A stretch of DNA of 64,000 nt. Origin: Terriglobia bacterium. GTDB lineage: Bacteria > Acidobacteriota > Polarisedimenticolia > Polarisedimenticolales > JAIQFR01. Positions 48,744 through 59,178 of this stretch are shown piece by piece (the stretch's first letter is position 1; each line of letters starts with the position of its first letter). The notes beneath the pieces were generated by a model. That model saw nothing but the letters and a program-made list of their open reading frames with translations, had not been told where the DNA came from and did not search any database. Made by a program: the position numbers and the translations under genes. The stretch covers positions 416,001 to 480,000 of the forward strand of contig CAVVHE010000004.1 in NCBI GenBank assembly GCA_963748015.1, in the 5' to 3' direction.

Positions 48744-49744
48744 TCCGCGCGGTCGTCTACGCGTCCACGTTCCTGCTCGCGCTGGCTCTCGCGGCCTGGC
48801 TCACGCCGGTGCTGCGCGAGGCGGCGCTGCGGTTCGGGATCGTGGACCGTCCGGACGGACGGCTCAAGAGCCAGCGCGAGCCCGTCCCTTACTTGGGAGG
48901 GCTCGCGATCTACCTCGCGTTCCTCCTGTCGATCGCGTTCACGCTGCGCTTCCGCGACGAGGTCCTGGCGATGCTCCTCGCGGGCTCGATCGTCGTGATC
49001 CTCGGACTCGTGGACGACCTCGGGCAGCTCGGACCATGGACGAAGCTCCTCGGCCAGGCGGTCGCGGTGCTCGTGCTCGTGAAGTCCGGGATCTACATCA
49101 AGCTCACCTTCCTTCCGCTCCAGGTCGCGCTGCCGCTGTCCGTCGTCTGGCTCCTCGCCACGACCAACGCGTTCAACCTGATCGACATCATGGACGGACT
49201 GTCCGCGGGGACCGCGGCGGTCGCCGCGGCGGCGCTGTTCGCGGTCGCGGTCTTGAACGGGCGCCACGAGTCGGCGACCCTCCTCGCGGGGATCTGCGGG
49301 GCGAGCCTGGGGTTCTTGCGCCTGAATTTCGAGCCGGCGAGGATCTACATGGGGGACACGGGAAGCCTCCTGCTCGGCCTGCTCCTCGGCGCGCTCGCGA
49401 TGAACAACGGCTACACCGCGAACAACCGGCTCGCCGCGGTGGCCCCGGGGCTGATCCTGGGCGTGCCGCTCTTCGACATGCTGTTCGTCATGTACGTGAG
49501 ATGGCGGCGCGGCCTGCCGGTCATGCTCGGGAGCCCCGATCACGTCGCGCTCCGGCTCCGGAAGTGGCGGTGGACGACCCGCCAGACCGTGCTGGCTTCC
49601 TACGCCGCGACGGCGCTGCTCGGGGCCGCGGCGATCGCGATGAGCCTCGTCGGGACCGCCGGCGCCGCGGCGATCCTGGCCGCGATCGTCCTGGCCGGAC
49701 TCGCCGTCGGCGCGCTGCTCCGGCGCGTGGACATGAGCCTTTGA
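48740..49744 (+). CDS. WecA/TagO-type polyprenyl-phosphate HexNAc-1-phosphate transferase
   Basis: PYLGG, GLVDD, NAFNLIDIMDGL, NFEPARIYMGDTGS. Confidence 0.92.
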   Translation: MIRAVVYASTFLLALALAAWLTPVLREAALRFGIVDRPDGRLKSQREPVPYLGGLAIYLAFLLSIAFTLRFRDEVLAMLLAGSIVVILGLVDDLGQLGPWTKLLGQAVAVLVLVKSGIYIKLTFLPLQVALPLSVVWLLATTNAFNLIDIMDGLSAGTAAVAAAALFAVAVLNGRHESATLLAGICGASLGFLRLNFEPARIYMGDTGSLLLGLLLGALAMNNGYTANNRLAAVAPGLILGVPLFDMLFVMYVRWRRGLPVMLGSPDHVALRLRKWRWTTRQTVLASYAATALLGAAAIAMSLVGTAGAAAILAAIVLAGLAVGALLRRVDMSL

Positions 49745-49751
49745 GGCGCCC

Positions 49752-51032
49752 GTGATCCTGATCCTCGGCGGGGGACTCGCGGGGCTGAGCGCCGCCTACC
49801 ACCTGGGCGACGCTCCACACCTCGTGCTCGAAGCGGAGAGCGCGCCGGGGGGGCTCTGCCGTACCCGCGAGGCGGAAGGGTTCCTCTTCGACTACACCGG
49901 GCACCTCCTGCACCTGCGCGATCCGCGAGCGATCGCCCTGGTGGACCGCCTCCTTCCCGGCGCGTTCGAGACCGTCTCCCGGAAGGCGTGCATCAGGACG
50001 CGCGGCGCGACCCTTCCGTTCCCGTTCCAGGCGAACCTGCACGGCCTTCCGCCGCGGACCGTTCACGAGTGCGTCGCCGGCTTCGTGGAGTGCCTGGGAT
50101 CGAAGGTGCCCCTAGCCGCCGACGCGTCGTTCCGCGACTGGTCCCTCTCGGTCCTCGGGCGCGGGATCAGCGACGCGTTCATGTTCCCGTACAACGCCAA
50201 GGTGTTCCGCCGCGAGGCGGACGCCATGACCGCGGACTGGGTCTCCTGGGCGGTCCCGCGGCCGTCGCTGCGCGAGGTCGTCCGCGGCGCTCTCGGCTTC
50301 TCGAACGAGGGGATGGGGTACAACCCGACCTTCCGCTACCCGAAAGAAGGGGGGATCGGGATCCTGCCGGACGCGTTCGCGCGCAGGCTCTCGACGCTGA
50401 GGTGCGGCGCGCGTGTCCTCGCGGTGGATCTCGAACGGCGGACCGTCACGGTGGAGGGGGGCGAGCGCGTCTCCTGGGACCGGCTCGTGGTCACGACGCC
50501 GCTCCCCGGCTTCCTGCGGATGACGGGAGAGCGGGCGCTCGCGGACGCCGCGGGCGAGCTCGACTGGTCGGTGGTGGCCTGCCTCAACCTCGGGGTGGAC
50601 CGGGAAGGGATCGGCGGGGGCGCGCACTGGGCCTACTTCCCGGATCCCGACGTTCCCTTCTACCGGGTCGGCTTCCCGGCGTCGTTCTCCCGAAGCGCGG
50701 CACCCCTCGGCACCTCGTCGCTCTACGTCGAGCTGGCTCTCGGGAAGAGCGAGACGCCCGACCTCCCGACCCTCGAGGCGGCCGTGCTCGAGGCGCTCCA
50801 CGCCGAGGGGGTGCTCCGGCCTTCCGACCGGATCCTCGCGCGCGACTGGGTTCTCATCGACCCCGGGTACGTGATCTTCGACCGGAGGCGCCTCGCGGCG
50901 ATGGCGAGCCTCGTTCCCGCTCTCGAGGAGAGGGGAGTGCATCTCGCCGGCCGCTACGGGGCCTGGACCTACTCCTACATGGAGCGCGCGATGCTCGACG
51001 GGCTCGAGATCGCGCGCAAGCTCGCGGGTTAG
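49752..51032 (+). CDS. FAD-dependent oxidoreductase (UDP-galactopyranose mutase/PPO-like fold)
   Basis: GGGLAGL, GGLCRT..FDYTGH, PYNAK, FRYP, GRYGAWTY..ME. Confidence 0.8.
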   Translation: MILILGGGLAGLSAAYHLGDAPHLVLEAESAPGGLCRTREAEGFLFDYTGHLLHLRDPRAIALVDRLLPGAFETVSRKACIRTRGATLPFPFQANLHGLPPRTVHECVAGFVECLGSKVPLAADASFRDWSLSVLGRGISDAFMFPYNAKVFRREADAMTADWVSWAVPRPSLREVVRGALGFSNEGMGYNPTFRYPKEGGIGILPDAFARRLSTLRCGARVLAVDLERRTVTVEGGERVSWDRLVVTTPLPGFLRMTGERALADAAGELDWSVVACLNLGVDREGIGGGAHWAYFPDPDVPFYRVGFPASFSRSAAPLGTSSLYVELALGKSETPDLPTLEAAVLEALHAEGVLRPSDRILARDWVLIDPGYVIFDRRRLAAMASLVPALEERGVHLAGRYGAWTYSYMERAMLDGLEIARKLAG

Positions 51033-51040
51033 CCGCCGCC

Positions 51041-52897
51041 ATGTGCGGGATCTGCGGCAGCGTGGCGCTCGACGCCGGACCGCCCGGCGCGGAAGGCGTG
51101 CGCGCGATGCTGGCCGCGCTCGCGCACCGCGGCCCCGACTCCGAGGGTCTGTTCGAGACCCCGCGGGTCGTGGCCGGCATAAGGCGGCTCCGCGTGATCG
51201 ATCTCGAGACGGGCGACCAGCCGATCGCGAGCGAGGACGGGTCGGTGGAGGTCGTGTTCAACGGCGAGATCTACAACTTCCGCGAGCTGCGTCGCGAGCT
51301 CGAGGGGGCCGGGCATCGCTTCCGGACGAGATCGGACACGGAGGTCCTGGTCCACCTCTGGGAGGATGCGGGACCGGCGATGCTCCCGAGGCTCGACGGG
51401 ATGTTCGCGTTCTGCCTCCACGACCGGAAGACGGACGAGGTCCTCATCGCGCGGGACCGTCTCGGGGTGAAGCCGCTCTACTACCGCGAGAGCGGCGGCC
51501 GGCTGGACTTCGCCTCGGAGATCTCGGCGCTGCTCCGGGCGCCGGGCCCGGGCGCGGAGCTCGACGAGCAGGCCCTCGTGGAGCTCTTCTGCCTGCAGTA
51601 CCTCACCGGCGACCGGACGCCGTACCGCGGGGTGCGGAAGCTGCTCCCGGGCCGGCTCCTCCACGTGCGCGGGGGGCGGGTCGACGGAGCGACCTGGTGG
51701 GACGTCCCGCGCGCGGAAGAGGATCCGCTCCTCGACCGGCGCCGCGTCCGGGAGGAGCTCCCGGCCCTCCTCGGCGAGGCGGTGCGGAGACAGACGGTGT
51801 CGGACGTCCCGCTCGGCATGTTCCTGTCGGGGGGGATCGACTCGACGGTCTTGCTGCACCTGCTCTCCGAGGGGGCGGCGCAGCCGGTCTCCACGTTCTC
51901 CGTCGGGTTCGAGGGGGAGAGCGGCGACGCCGATCTCGCCTGGGCGCGTCTCGTGGCCGCGCGCTACGGAACGCGCCACCACGAGATGCTCCTCCGCGCT
52001 TCCGACGTGGCGGCGGCGCTCCCGCGCCTCGTGGACCACGCGTCCCTGCCGGTGACCGACCCGGCCCTGATCCCCACGCTCATGCTCTCGGAGCTCGCGC
52101 GCCGGGACGTCACCGTCGTGCTCACCGGGGAGGGCGCGGACGAGATCTTCGGCGGATATCGCCGCTACGTGCACCAATCCCGGCTCGGGTGGCTCGCGCG
52201 GCTTCCGGGCCTGCGCGTTGCGTCGCGCCTGCCCCTGGTGTCGGCGTTCCTCCCGTCGAGAGGGGCGCAGGCGCTCGACGCACTGGGAGAGCGGGACGCG
52301 GCCCGCAACCACTTCCTGTGGTTGGCGACCGTGGACCTTCGGACGGCCCGCGAGCTGTTCGATCCCGAGGCGGTGGCTACCGTCGAGCGCACGGCGGTCG
52401 CCGCGTTTCGCGGGCACTTCGACGGGCGGGACGGGACCGCGGCACGCCTCTCCGCCGACTTGACCGAGTGGCTGCCCCACGATCTCCTCGCGAAGGTCGA
52501 TCTCGCCTCGATGGCGCATTCGCTCGAGGCCCGCGTGCCCTACCTCGATCCCGGCGTGGTCGCGTGGGCGGCGAAGCTGCCCGGGCACCTCCGCATCGCC
52601 GGCGGCGTCACCAAGGTCGCGTTGCGCGAGGCGTTCGACGGGGCAATCCCCTCCGAGATCCTGCGGCGCCCCAAGCGCGGGTTCGACCTGCCGCTCGGCG
52701 CGTGGATCCGCGGCCCGCTGCGCTCCATGGCGGAGGATCTCCTCGCGGGGGGGAGGGCCCCCGCGCTGGCCCCGCTGAGGCGGGGGCAGGCTGCCGCGAT
52801 GCTCGATCTCCACCTCCGCGGAAAGCGGGATCTCGGCCTACCGCTGTTCCTTCTCATGTCGATCCTCCTCTTCCTCGAGCGGCGGAGGGGGCGGTGA
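51041..52897 (+). CDS. asnB: Asparagine-synthase-family glutamine amidotransferase
   Basis: MCGICG, HRGPD, FNGEIYNF, LSGGIDS, GEGADE, SLEARVP. Confidence 0.93.
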   Translation: MCGICGSVALDAGPPGAEGVRAMLAALAHRGPDSEGLFETPRVVAGIRRLRVIDLETGDQPIASEDGSVEVVFNGEIYNFRELRRELEGAGHRFRTRSDTEVLVHLWEDAGPAMLPRLDGMFAFCLHDRKTDEVLIARDRLGVKPLYYRESGGRLDFASEISALLRAPGPGAELDEQALVELFCLQYLTGDRTPYRGVRKLLPGRLLHVRGGRVDGATWWDVPRAEEDPLLDRRRVREELPALLGEAVRRQTVSDVPLGMFLSGGIDSTVLLHLLSEGAAQPVSTFSVGFEGESGDADLAWARLVAARYGTRHHEMLLRASDVAAALPRLVDHASLPVTDPALIPTLMLSELARRDVTVVLTGEGADEIFGGYRRYVHQSRLGWLARLPGLRVASRLPLVSAFLPSRGAQALDALGERDAARNHFLWLATVDLRTARELFDPEAVATVERTAVAAFRGHFDGRDGTAARLSADLTEWLPHDLLAKVDLASMAHSLEARVPYLDPGVVAWAAKLPGHLRIAGGVTKVALREAFDGAIPSEILRRPKRGFDLPLGAWIRGPLRSMAEDLLAGGRAPALAPLRRGQAAAMLDLHLRGKRDLGLPLFLLMSILLFLERRRGR

Positions 52898-54075
52898 AGG
52901 CGCGCATCGTCCACGCGATCACCCGCCTCGACCTGGGCGGAGCTCAGCAGAACACGCTGTTCTGCGTCTCCCGCCACGACCGCGCGCGGTTCGAGGTGGG
53001 GCTGGTGGCGGGACGCGGCGGCCTCCTCGACGAGGAGGCGCTGGGGATCCGGGACGCGGACATCCGTATCGTTCCGTGGCTGCGCCATCCGATCTCCCCC
53101 TTCAGGGACGTCCTGGCCGTCGCGCGCCTTGCCGCTCATTTCCGCCGGGAGCGGGTCCACCTAGTCCACACGCACTCCTCGAAGGCGGGGATCGTCGGCC
53201 GCCTCGCGGCGCGCGTGGCGGGCGTGCCCGCGGTGGTGCATACCGTGCACGGCTGGAGCTTCAACGATACGCAGCGCCCCGCGGTCAGGAAGCTCTACGC
53301 GGCGTTCGAGCGCGCGGTGGGATCGTTCACGGACAGGATCGTGGTCGTTTCGGAGTCCGACCGAAACAGGGGACTTGCCGCGGGGATCGGGTGCCTCGAG
53401 CGCTACCGGCTGCTGCGGAGCGGGATCGATCCTTCGATTTACCGGCGGCCGGCGACGCCGCGCGAGGAAACCCGGGCGGCGCTCGGTTTCTTCCCCGGGC
53501 AGACGGTCGTCGGGACGCTCGCCTGCCTCAAGGCGCAGAAGGCGCCCCTCGATTTCGTGGAGGCCGCCGCCGTGGCGCACGCCCGCGATCCGGAGATGCG
53601 CTTCTTCCTCGCCGGTGACGGAGAGCTCCGGCCGGCGGTCGAGGAGAGGATCCGCGAGCGGGGGCTCGACGGGGTGGTCCGGCTCCTCGGGTGGCGCCGG
53701 GACGTTCCCGACCTCCTCCACGCGATGGACCTTTTCCTCCTCACGTCGAGGTTCGAGGGACTGCCCCGGGCGGTGCTCCAGGCGATGGCCGCCGGCGTGC
53801 CCGTCGTCGCGACCGACGTGGACGGCACGCCCGAGGTGGTTCGCGACGGCGTGACCGGCGACCTCGTCCCCCCCGCCGATCCCGTCGCGGCGGCCGACAG
53901 GCTGGTGGCGCTGGCCGGGGACCCCGGGCGGCGCGCCCGCTACGCGGAGCGCGCCCGCGAGGTCCTGAAGGAGTCGTTCGACGTCAACCGGATGGTGACG
54001 GAGCTCGACGAGCTGTACGTCGGGGTGCTTGCCGGGAAGCCGACCTGGGCTAAATTGGGTTCCGATGAAAACTGA
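52894..54075 (+). CDS. Glycosyltransferase family 4
   Basis: GGAQ, HTHSSKAG, HTVHG, SRFEGLP..AMAAG. Confidence 0.92.
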   Translation: MKARIVHAITRLDLGGAQQNTLFCVSRHDRARFEVGLVAGRGGLLDEEALGIRDADIRIVPWLRHPISPFRDVLAVARLAAHFRRERVHLVHTHSSKAGIVGRLAARVAGVPAVVHTVHGWSFNDTQRPAVRKLYAAFERAVGSFTDRIVVVSESDRNRGLAAGIGCLERYRLLRSGIDPSIYRRPATPREETRAALGFFPGQTVVGTLACLKAQKAPLDFVEAAAVAHARDPEMRFFLAGDGELRPAVEERIRERGLDGVVRLLGWRRDVPDLLHAMDLFLLTSRFEGLPRAVLQAMAAGVPVVATDVDGTPEVVRDGVTGDLVPPADPVAAADRLVALAGDPGRRARYAERAREVLKESFDVNRMVTELDELYVGVLAGKPTWAKLGSDEN

Positions 54076-55018
54076 CGCCGGGCAGACCGGCTCCGCGATC
54101 CGGCTGACGGGACTCGCGAAGTCCTTCCACGGCCATCTCGGTATCGGCCGGACCGTGGCGGTGGAGCAGCTCGACCTCGATGTCGCGCCGGGACAGATCT
54201 TCGGGCTCCTCGGTCCGAACGGGGCGGGGAAGACGACCACGCTCAAGATGATCCTGAGCTTGATCCGGCCCGACCGCGGATCGGTGCGCCTGTTCGGCCT
54301 GCCGCCTTCCGATCCCGGCGCCAGGGCGAGGGTCGGGTTCCTTCCGGAGAATCCCTACTTCTACGACTACCTCACCGCGGAGGAGTTCCTCGACTTCTAC
54401 GGTCGCCTCCACGGCATGCCCTCGGGAGAGCGGCGGGCGCGCGTCGGCGCGCTCCTGTCGAGGGTCGGTCTCGGGGGACGAGAGCGGACGCCGCTGCGGA
54501 AGTTCTCGAAGGGGATGATCCAGCGGATCGGGCTCGCCCAGGCGATCCTCGCCGATCCGGACCTCCTCATCCTCGACGAGCCGATGTCGGGACTCGACCC
54601 GGTGGGACGGCGAGAGGTCCGGGACCTGATCCTGGCCCAGCGCGCCGCGGGAGGGACGGTCTTCTTCTCGAGCCACATCCTCCAGGACGCCGAGATGATC
54701 TGCGACCGGGTGGCGATCCTGGTCCGGGGAAGAGTGCGGTTCGAGGGGGCCCTCGAGGACCTCGTTTCCCGCAAGGTGCTCTGGTACGAGGTCGCCGTCC
54801 GGGGGGTTCCGCCGGGCGGCCTGCCGGCCGAGCTGCTGTCGTCGGCCGGCGCCGAGTCCCTTCTGAAGGTGCGCGACGTCGAGGGGCTCGCGCGCGTGCT
54901 TGCGTCGGTCCAGTCCCTGGGAGGACAGGTGACCTCCGTGTGGCCGAGGCGGGAGACGCTCGAGGACCTGTTCATGCGCGAGGTCGCGACGGGCGGCTCG
55001 AGGGAGGCCGGGGCATGA
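54065..55018 (+). CDS. ABC transporter ATPase (PilH/XapD-like)
   Basis: [33 protein letters not shown]. Confidence 0.92.
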   Translation: MKTDAGQTGSAIRLTGLAKSFHGHLGIGRTVAVEQLDLDVAPGQIFGLLGPNGAGKTTTLKMILSLIRPDRGSVRLFGLPPSDPGARARVGFLPENPYFYDYLTAEEFLDFYGRLHGMPSGERRARVGALLSRVGLGGRERTPLRKFSKGMIQRIGLAQAILADPDLLILDEPMSGLDPVGRREVRDLILAQRAAGGTVFFSSHILQDAEMICDRVAILVRGRVRFEGALEDLVSRKVLWYEVAVRGVPPGGLPAELLSSAGAESLLKVRDVEGLARVLASVQSLGGQVTSVWPRRETLEDLFMREVATGGSREAGA

Positions 55019-55824
55019 CGCAGGCCACGCCCGCACGCGAGCGGCGCCGGCCCGGCCCGGCGGGGGCGGTCGTGGCGATCGCCCTCAACACGTTCCGCGA
55101 GGGGATCCGCGACCGCATTCTCTACCTCCTGCTCGCCTTCGCGCTTCTCCTGATCGCGGCGTCGCGCTTCCTCGCGCTGCTGACCGTGGGGGACGAGAGC
55201 AAGATCATCAAGGACCTCGGGCTCTCGGCGATCTCGATCTTCGGCCTCCTCACGTCGATGTTCGTAGGGGTCTCCCTCCTGTTCAAGGAGATCGAGCGCC
55301 GGACCATCTACACGCTCCTTGCGAAGCCGGTGTCCCGCTGGCAATTCGTCGCGGGGAAGTACGCGGGGCTCATGACGATCCTCGCCGTCAACCTCGTGCT
55401 GATGGCGGCGGTGCTCGCGGCGATCCTCCTCTTCCGCGGCGAGTCGCCGGTGCCCCTTCTCCCCGCGGAGCTGCTGATTCTGGTGGAACTCGCCCTCGTG
55501 ACGGCTTTCGCCGTCCTGTTCTCCAGCTTCACCAGTCCGATCCTGGCCGCGGTGGGCACGGCGGCCATCTACGTCGCGGGGCACCTGTCCTGGAGCTTCG
55601 ACCTCCTCAAGAAGAGACTGCCGCCGGGCATCGGGCGGACGCTGTGCGACGTGCTCCACTCGGTGATCCCGAACCTCGACCGGCTCGACCTCAAGACCGC
55701 GGCCGTCCACGCCCTCCCGGTGCCGCCCGGCGAGGTGCTGTGGGGGGCGGTCTATGGCCTCGCCTACGCGGCGGCGGTCCTGATCCTGGCGGCCTGGCGC
55801 TTCTCTCGAAGGGACTTCTCGTGA
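55015..55824 (+). CDS. ABC-2 permease (PilI/XapB-like)
   Basis: [26 protein letters not shown]; multiple TMs. Confidence 0.88.
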   Translation: MTQATPARERRRPGPAGAVVAIALNTFREGIRDRILYLLLAFALLLIAASRFLALLTVGDESKIIKDLGLSAISIFGLLTSMFVGVSLLFKEIERRTIYTLLAKPVSRWQFVAGKYAGLMTILAVNLVLMAAVLAAILLFRGESPVPLLPAELLILVELALVTAFAVLFSSFTSPILAAVGTAAIYVAGHLSWSFDLLKKRLPPGIGRTLCDVLHSVIPNLDRLDLKTAAVHALPVPPGEVLWGAVYGLAYAAAVLILAAWRFSRRDFS

Positions 55825-55846
55825 TCCGGGGCGCTCGGTGCGGGGC

Positions 55847-56698
55847 ATGAAGCGGACTCTCGCCCTGCTGCTGCTCGTCGCCGCGGTGGCCCTCGCGGCG
55901 TTGTCCCGCGACCGTCTCGAGGCCTCGGCATCGGGGCCGGCCGGCGCGCGGAAGGAGCTTCTCTACCTCCCGAACGGGAAGCACCTCCGGGCGATGAGCC
56001 TCGGGCACGCCTCCCTCGCGGCCGACCTCGTCTACCTCTGGGCGATCCAGTACTACTCGGACTACGAGCGGGAGGACCGCTTCCGCTTCGTCGAGCACGT
56101 CTTCGGCGGCGTGATCGCGGATCTCGACCCGAGCTACGTCGATCCCTACTGGCTCGGCGCGATGATCCTGACCGTGGAGGCGGGAGACCTCGATGCGGGG
56201 CTGCGCATCCTCGACAAGGGGCTCGCCAACAACCCGTCGTCGTGGGTGCTTCCCTACCTGGCCGGATTCGAGTGCTACCGCGCCCGCAGACTCGATCGCG
56301 CCGCCGAGTACTTCGACAGGGCGAGCCGCGTTCCCGGGGCCCCGGCCCTAGCGCTCCGGATGAAGGCGGGGGTGCTCGCGAGGAAAGGGGACTTCCGCGA
56401 GTCCATCCGGCAGTGGGAAGACGTCCTGAACGATCCGCGCGGCGATTCGGCCTCCCGGGCGATCGCGGAGCGCCAGATCCGCGATCTGACGATGCGCGCC
56501 GACCTGGCCGATCTCTCCGAGGCGGTCGCCGCGTTCCGCGAGCGCCAGGGCCGCTTCCCTCGCTCCATCGACGAGGCGGCGCAGGCGGGCCTCGTGCGAG
56601 GAACCCCGCGGGATCCCGACGGCCGGCCGTACCTTTACGATCCGGCCACGGGGCGGGTCGCGTCCCGCGCCGGCGGCGTGCTGGGCGCTTCCCGATGA
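55847..56698 (+). CDS. PilG/XapA-like TPR protein
   Basis: N-terminal anchor; [17 protein letters not shown]; adjacent to the ABC pair. Confidence 0.7.
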   Translation: MKRTLALLLLVAAVALAALSRDRLEASASGPAGARKELLYLPNGKHLRAMSLGHASLAADLVYLWAIQYYSDYEREDRFRFVEHVFGGVIADLDPSYVDPYWLGAMILTVEAGDLDAGLRILDKGLANNPSSWVLPYLAGFECYRARRLDRAAEYFDRASRVPGAPALALRMKAGVLARKGDFRESIRQWEDVLNDPRGDSASRAIAERQIRDLTMRADLADLSEAVAAFRERQGRFPRSIDEAAQAGLVRGTPRDPDGRPYLYDPATGRVASRAGGVLGASR

Positions 56699-57507
56699 GC
56701 GCGGCGGTTCCGGAGCCCGTGGCCTCGATCTTCGTGACCGCGTTCGGACTCGTCATCGGGTCGTTCCTCAACGTGTGCATCTACCGCCTCCCGCGGGGCG
56801 AGAGCCTGGCGTTCCCGGGGTCGCACTGCCCTGCCTGCGGCACGCCCATTCGTTGGTACCAAAACGTTCCGGTCCTCTCCTGGGTCGCGCTGCGCGGCCG
56901 GTGCGCCTCGTGCCGGGCCCCGATCTCCTGGCGCTACCCGCTGGTGGAGGCGCTCGGCGGAGGGCTGCTCCTCGGCCTCTGGCTCGGGCTGGGGCCGGGT
57001 GCCGGCTTCGCGGTGGCGGCTCTTCTCGGGCTCATGCTGATCGTGCTGTTCTTCACCGATTTCGATCACCAGCTGCTCCCCGACGCGGTGACGCTCCCCG
57101 GGGCGGCGCTCGGCGCCGTCCTCGCCTGGTTCAATCCGTTCATCGGCGGGGAGGGCTTCGGGAGGCTCGCCGCGTCGCTCGCGGGGGCCGCCCTGGGCTC
57201 GGGATTGCTCTGGGCGATCGGGGCGATCTACGGCCGGCTTCGCGGGGTCGAAGCGATGGGAATGGGCGACGTGAAGATGATGGCGATGGTCGGGGCCTTC
57301 ACCGGTCCCCGCGGCGTTCTGTTCACGCTGTTCGCGGCTTCGGTGGTCGGGGCCGCGGTGGGCCTCGCGTTGATCCCGATTCGCGGCCGCTCGCTGCGGG
57401 ACACGCTGCCGTTCGGCTGCTTCCTCGCTCCGGCCGCCTTCGCGGCGCTTCTCGGCGCGAGGCACGCGTTCGACGCGTACCTCCGGTTACTGAGCCTGTC
57501 GCCCTGA
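56695..57507 (+). CDS. pilD: Prepilin peptidase/methyltransferase
   Basis: GSFLNVCIYRLP, SHCPAC, GRCASC, MGMGDVK, PFG. Confidence 0.96.
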   Translation: MSAAVPEPVASIFVTAFGLVIGSFLNVCIYRLPRGESLAFPGSHCPACGTPIRWYQNVPVLSWVALRGRCASCRAPISWRYPLVEALGGGLLLGLWLGLGPGAGFAVAALLGLMLIVLFFTDFDHQLLPDAVTLPGAALGAVLAWFNPFIGGEGFGRLAASLAGAALGSGLLWAIGAIYGRLRGVEAMGMGDVKMMAMVGAFTGPRGVLFTLFAASVVGAAVGLALIPIRGRSLRDTLPFGCFLAPAAFAALLGARHAFDAYLRLLSLSP

Positions 57508-57712
57508 GCCTGCCGGCCCGGGGCGCCGCGTCCCGTGCCCCGAACGGCGACGACGCGTCGCGGGGTAACCGGCCGGAAGCGCAACACGCTCGCGACAATC
57601 CGGTGTCGCGCCTCGGACCGGCTCCAGGCCGCTCATCTCCTGTCGGGCGAGCCAGCGGTTCTCGAATGAACGGGGGACGCGGAGTTCCCGCCCTGCAACA
57701 CCGCGAGCGAGC

Positions 57713-57728
57713 GGGCATGGTTCCTGCT
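57713..57728 (+). promoter_or_regulatory. Candidate sigma54 promoter of the minor-pilin cluster
   Basis: GGGCATGGTTCCTGCT: GG-N10-GC, about 70 bp upstream of the ATG. Confidence 0.55.
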
Positions 57729-57796
57729 GCTCCAGGGAGCGGCGCGCGGGCCGGGGCGGCGGTGGGCCGGCCGGCTCTTGCGGTGGGGTTGCTGCG

Positions 57797-58255
57797 ATGG
57801 GCCGACCCGCGGACTCGGGTTTCAGCTTGCTCGAGGCGGTGATCGCGCTCGGGCTCCTCTCGGGCGTGCTGATCGCGATCTCCGGGCTCTTCGTCCTCGC
57901 GGCGCAGCAGGTGGCGAGCGGCCGGAGCAGCAGCCAGGCGCTCGCCGCCGCGAGATCGATCCTGGAGGAGACGGACTGCTGGACGCTCCAGCAGGTCTAC
58001 CTGCTCTTCGGCTTCGACGGCAGCGCCCCGAGCTACGCGGCCGACACTCGAACCAACGCCTTCTCGGCGAGGTGGCAGCCGATGCTCGAGCCGGGGCTCT
58101 CGAACGGCGTCGCCACCTTGCGGATCGAGTCGCTGGGGCCGGGGGCCTCTCCGCCCGCGCTGAACGCCTCGCGGGCGATCCGCGTTCGCGTCACCGTGCG
58201 CTGGGACGAGGGCGCGCGGCGCCGCTCGGTGAGTCTCGTGGCGGTGAGGATGTGA
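57797..58255 (+). CDS. PilV-like minor pilin
   Basis: DSG|FSLLEAVIAL; C-terminal VRVTVRW. Confidence 0.8.
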   Translation: MGRPADSGFSLLEAVIALGLLSGVLIAISGLFVLAAQQVASGRSSSQALAAARSILEETDCWTLQQVYLLFGFDGSAPSYAADTRTNAFSARWQPMLEPGLSNGVATLRIESLGPGASPPALNASRAIRVRVTVRWDEGARRRSVSLVAVRM

Positions 58256-58284
58256 GCGGCCCGCCGCGCCGGGGCGCCGCCGCG

Positions 58285-59151
58285 ATGCGGGAAGCGCCGG
58301 AGCGGGCGGGCCAGGCCGGCCTCTCGCTGGCCGAGCTCCTGGTCGCGATCGCCGTCCTGGCGGTCGCTGGCGTCATCGCCCTCTCGCTTCACGACGCGGC
58401 GCGGCGGAGCGTCAAGAAGGGAGAGAACGCCGCCGAGCAGCAGCAGACCGTGAGGATCGCCTTCGACCGTCTGACCGCCGACCTCCGCGCGGCGGGCCTC
58501 AACGCCAATCCCGACGGCGACGCCGCGCGCCCGGACGAGCCGATCGAGGGGGCGTTCGACACGGCGATCGTGATCCGCGCGGATTTCGATGCGGGCGATC
58601 CATCGGCGTCGGCCACCCCGGAGGCGGCGCTTGCGACCGGCGGCGCCTTCGCGACCGTCTCCACGGGAAACGACGAGATCGTGACGTACGTCCTCGCGAG
58701 GCCGGACGGGACGAGCGCCGAGACGCTGACTTTCTTCGCCGATGTCGGCAGCCCGAGAACGGGCGCCGTCCGGCGCGTCGACATCCCGCGCGTGTCGCTC
58801 GCGCAGGGCGACCCGCCTTATACGCTGTACCGCATCACCCTCGGCAACACCGACGGCAGCCCGGTGAGGATGCCGCTCGCCGAGAACGTCAGGAGCCTGC
58901 GCTTCTCGTACCACGGTTGGGACGGAATGCCCATGGCCGGCCCCGGCGGTGACGAGACCGCGGGAGCCAAGGCAGCTCGAGGCGTCGTCCGGCGTATCAC
59001 GGTGGAGCTCTCCGGCCTGACGCGGGACCCCGATCCCGGATGGGAGGACGCGGCAGACCCGGATCCCCGCACCCGCGCCTACCGCAAGTTCCGTCTCGCC
59101 GGTGACGTGGCGCCGAGGAACCTGGGATTGAAGGGACTGCCCGATCCCTGA
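58285..59151 (+). CDS. PilW-like minor pilin
   Basis: QAG|LSLAELLVA; QQTVRIAFDRLTADLRAAG; LAENV..LRFSY; PRNL. Alternative start GTG 58252. Confidence 0.82.
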   Translation: MREAPERAGQAGLSLAELLVAIAVLAVAGVIALSLHDAARRSVKKGENAAEQQQTVRIAFDRLTADLRAAGLNANPDGDAARPDEPIEGAFDTAIVIRADFDAGDPSASATPEAALATGGAFATVSTGNDEIVTYVLARPDGTSAETLTFFADVGSPRTGAVRRVDIPRVSLAQGDPPYTLYRITLGNTDGSPVRMPLAENVRSLRFSYHGWDGMPMAGPGGDETAGAKAARGVVRRITVELSGLTRDPDPGWEDAADPDPRTRAYRKFRLAGDVAPRNLGLKGLPDP

Positions 59152-59178
59152 TGTCCCCGGATCGAGGAGGAAGCGTCG

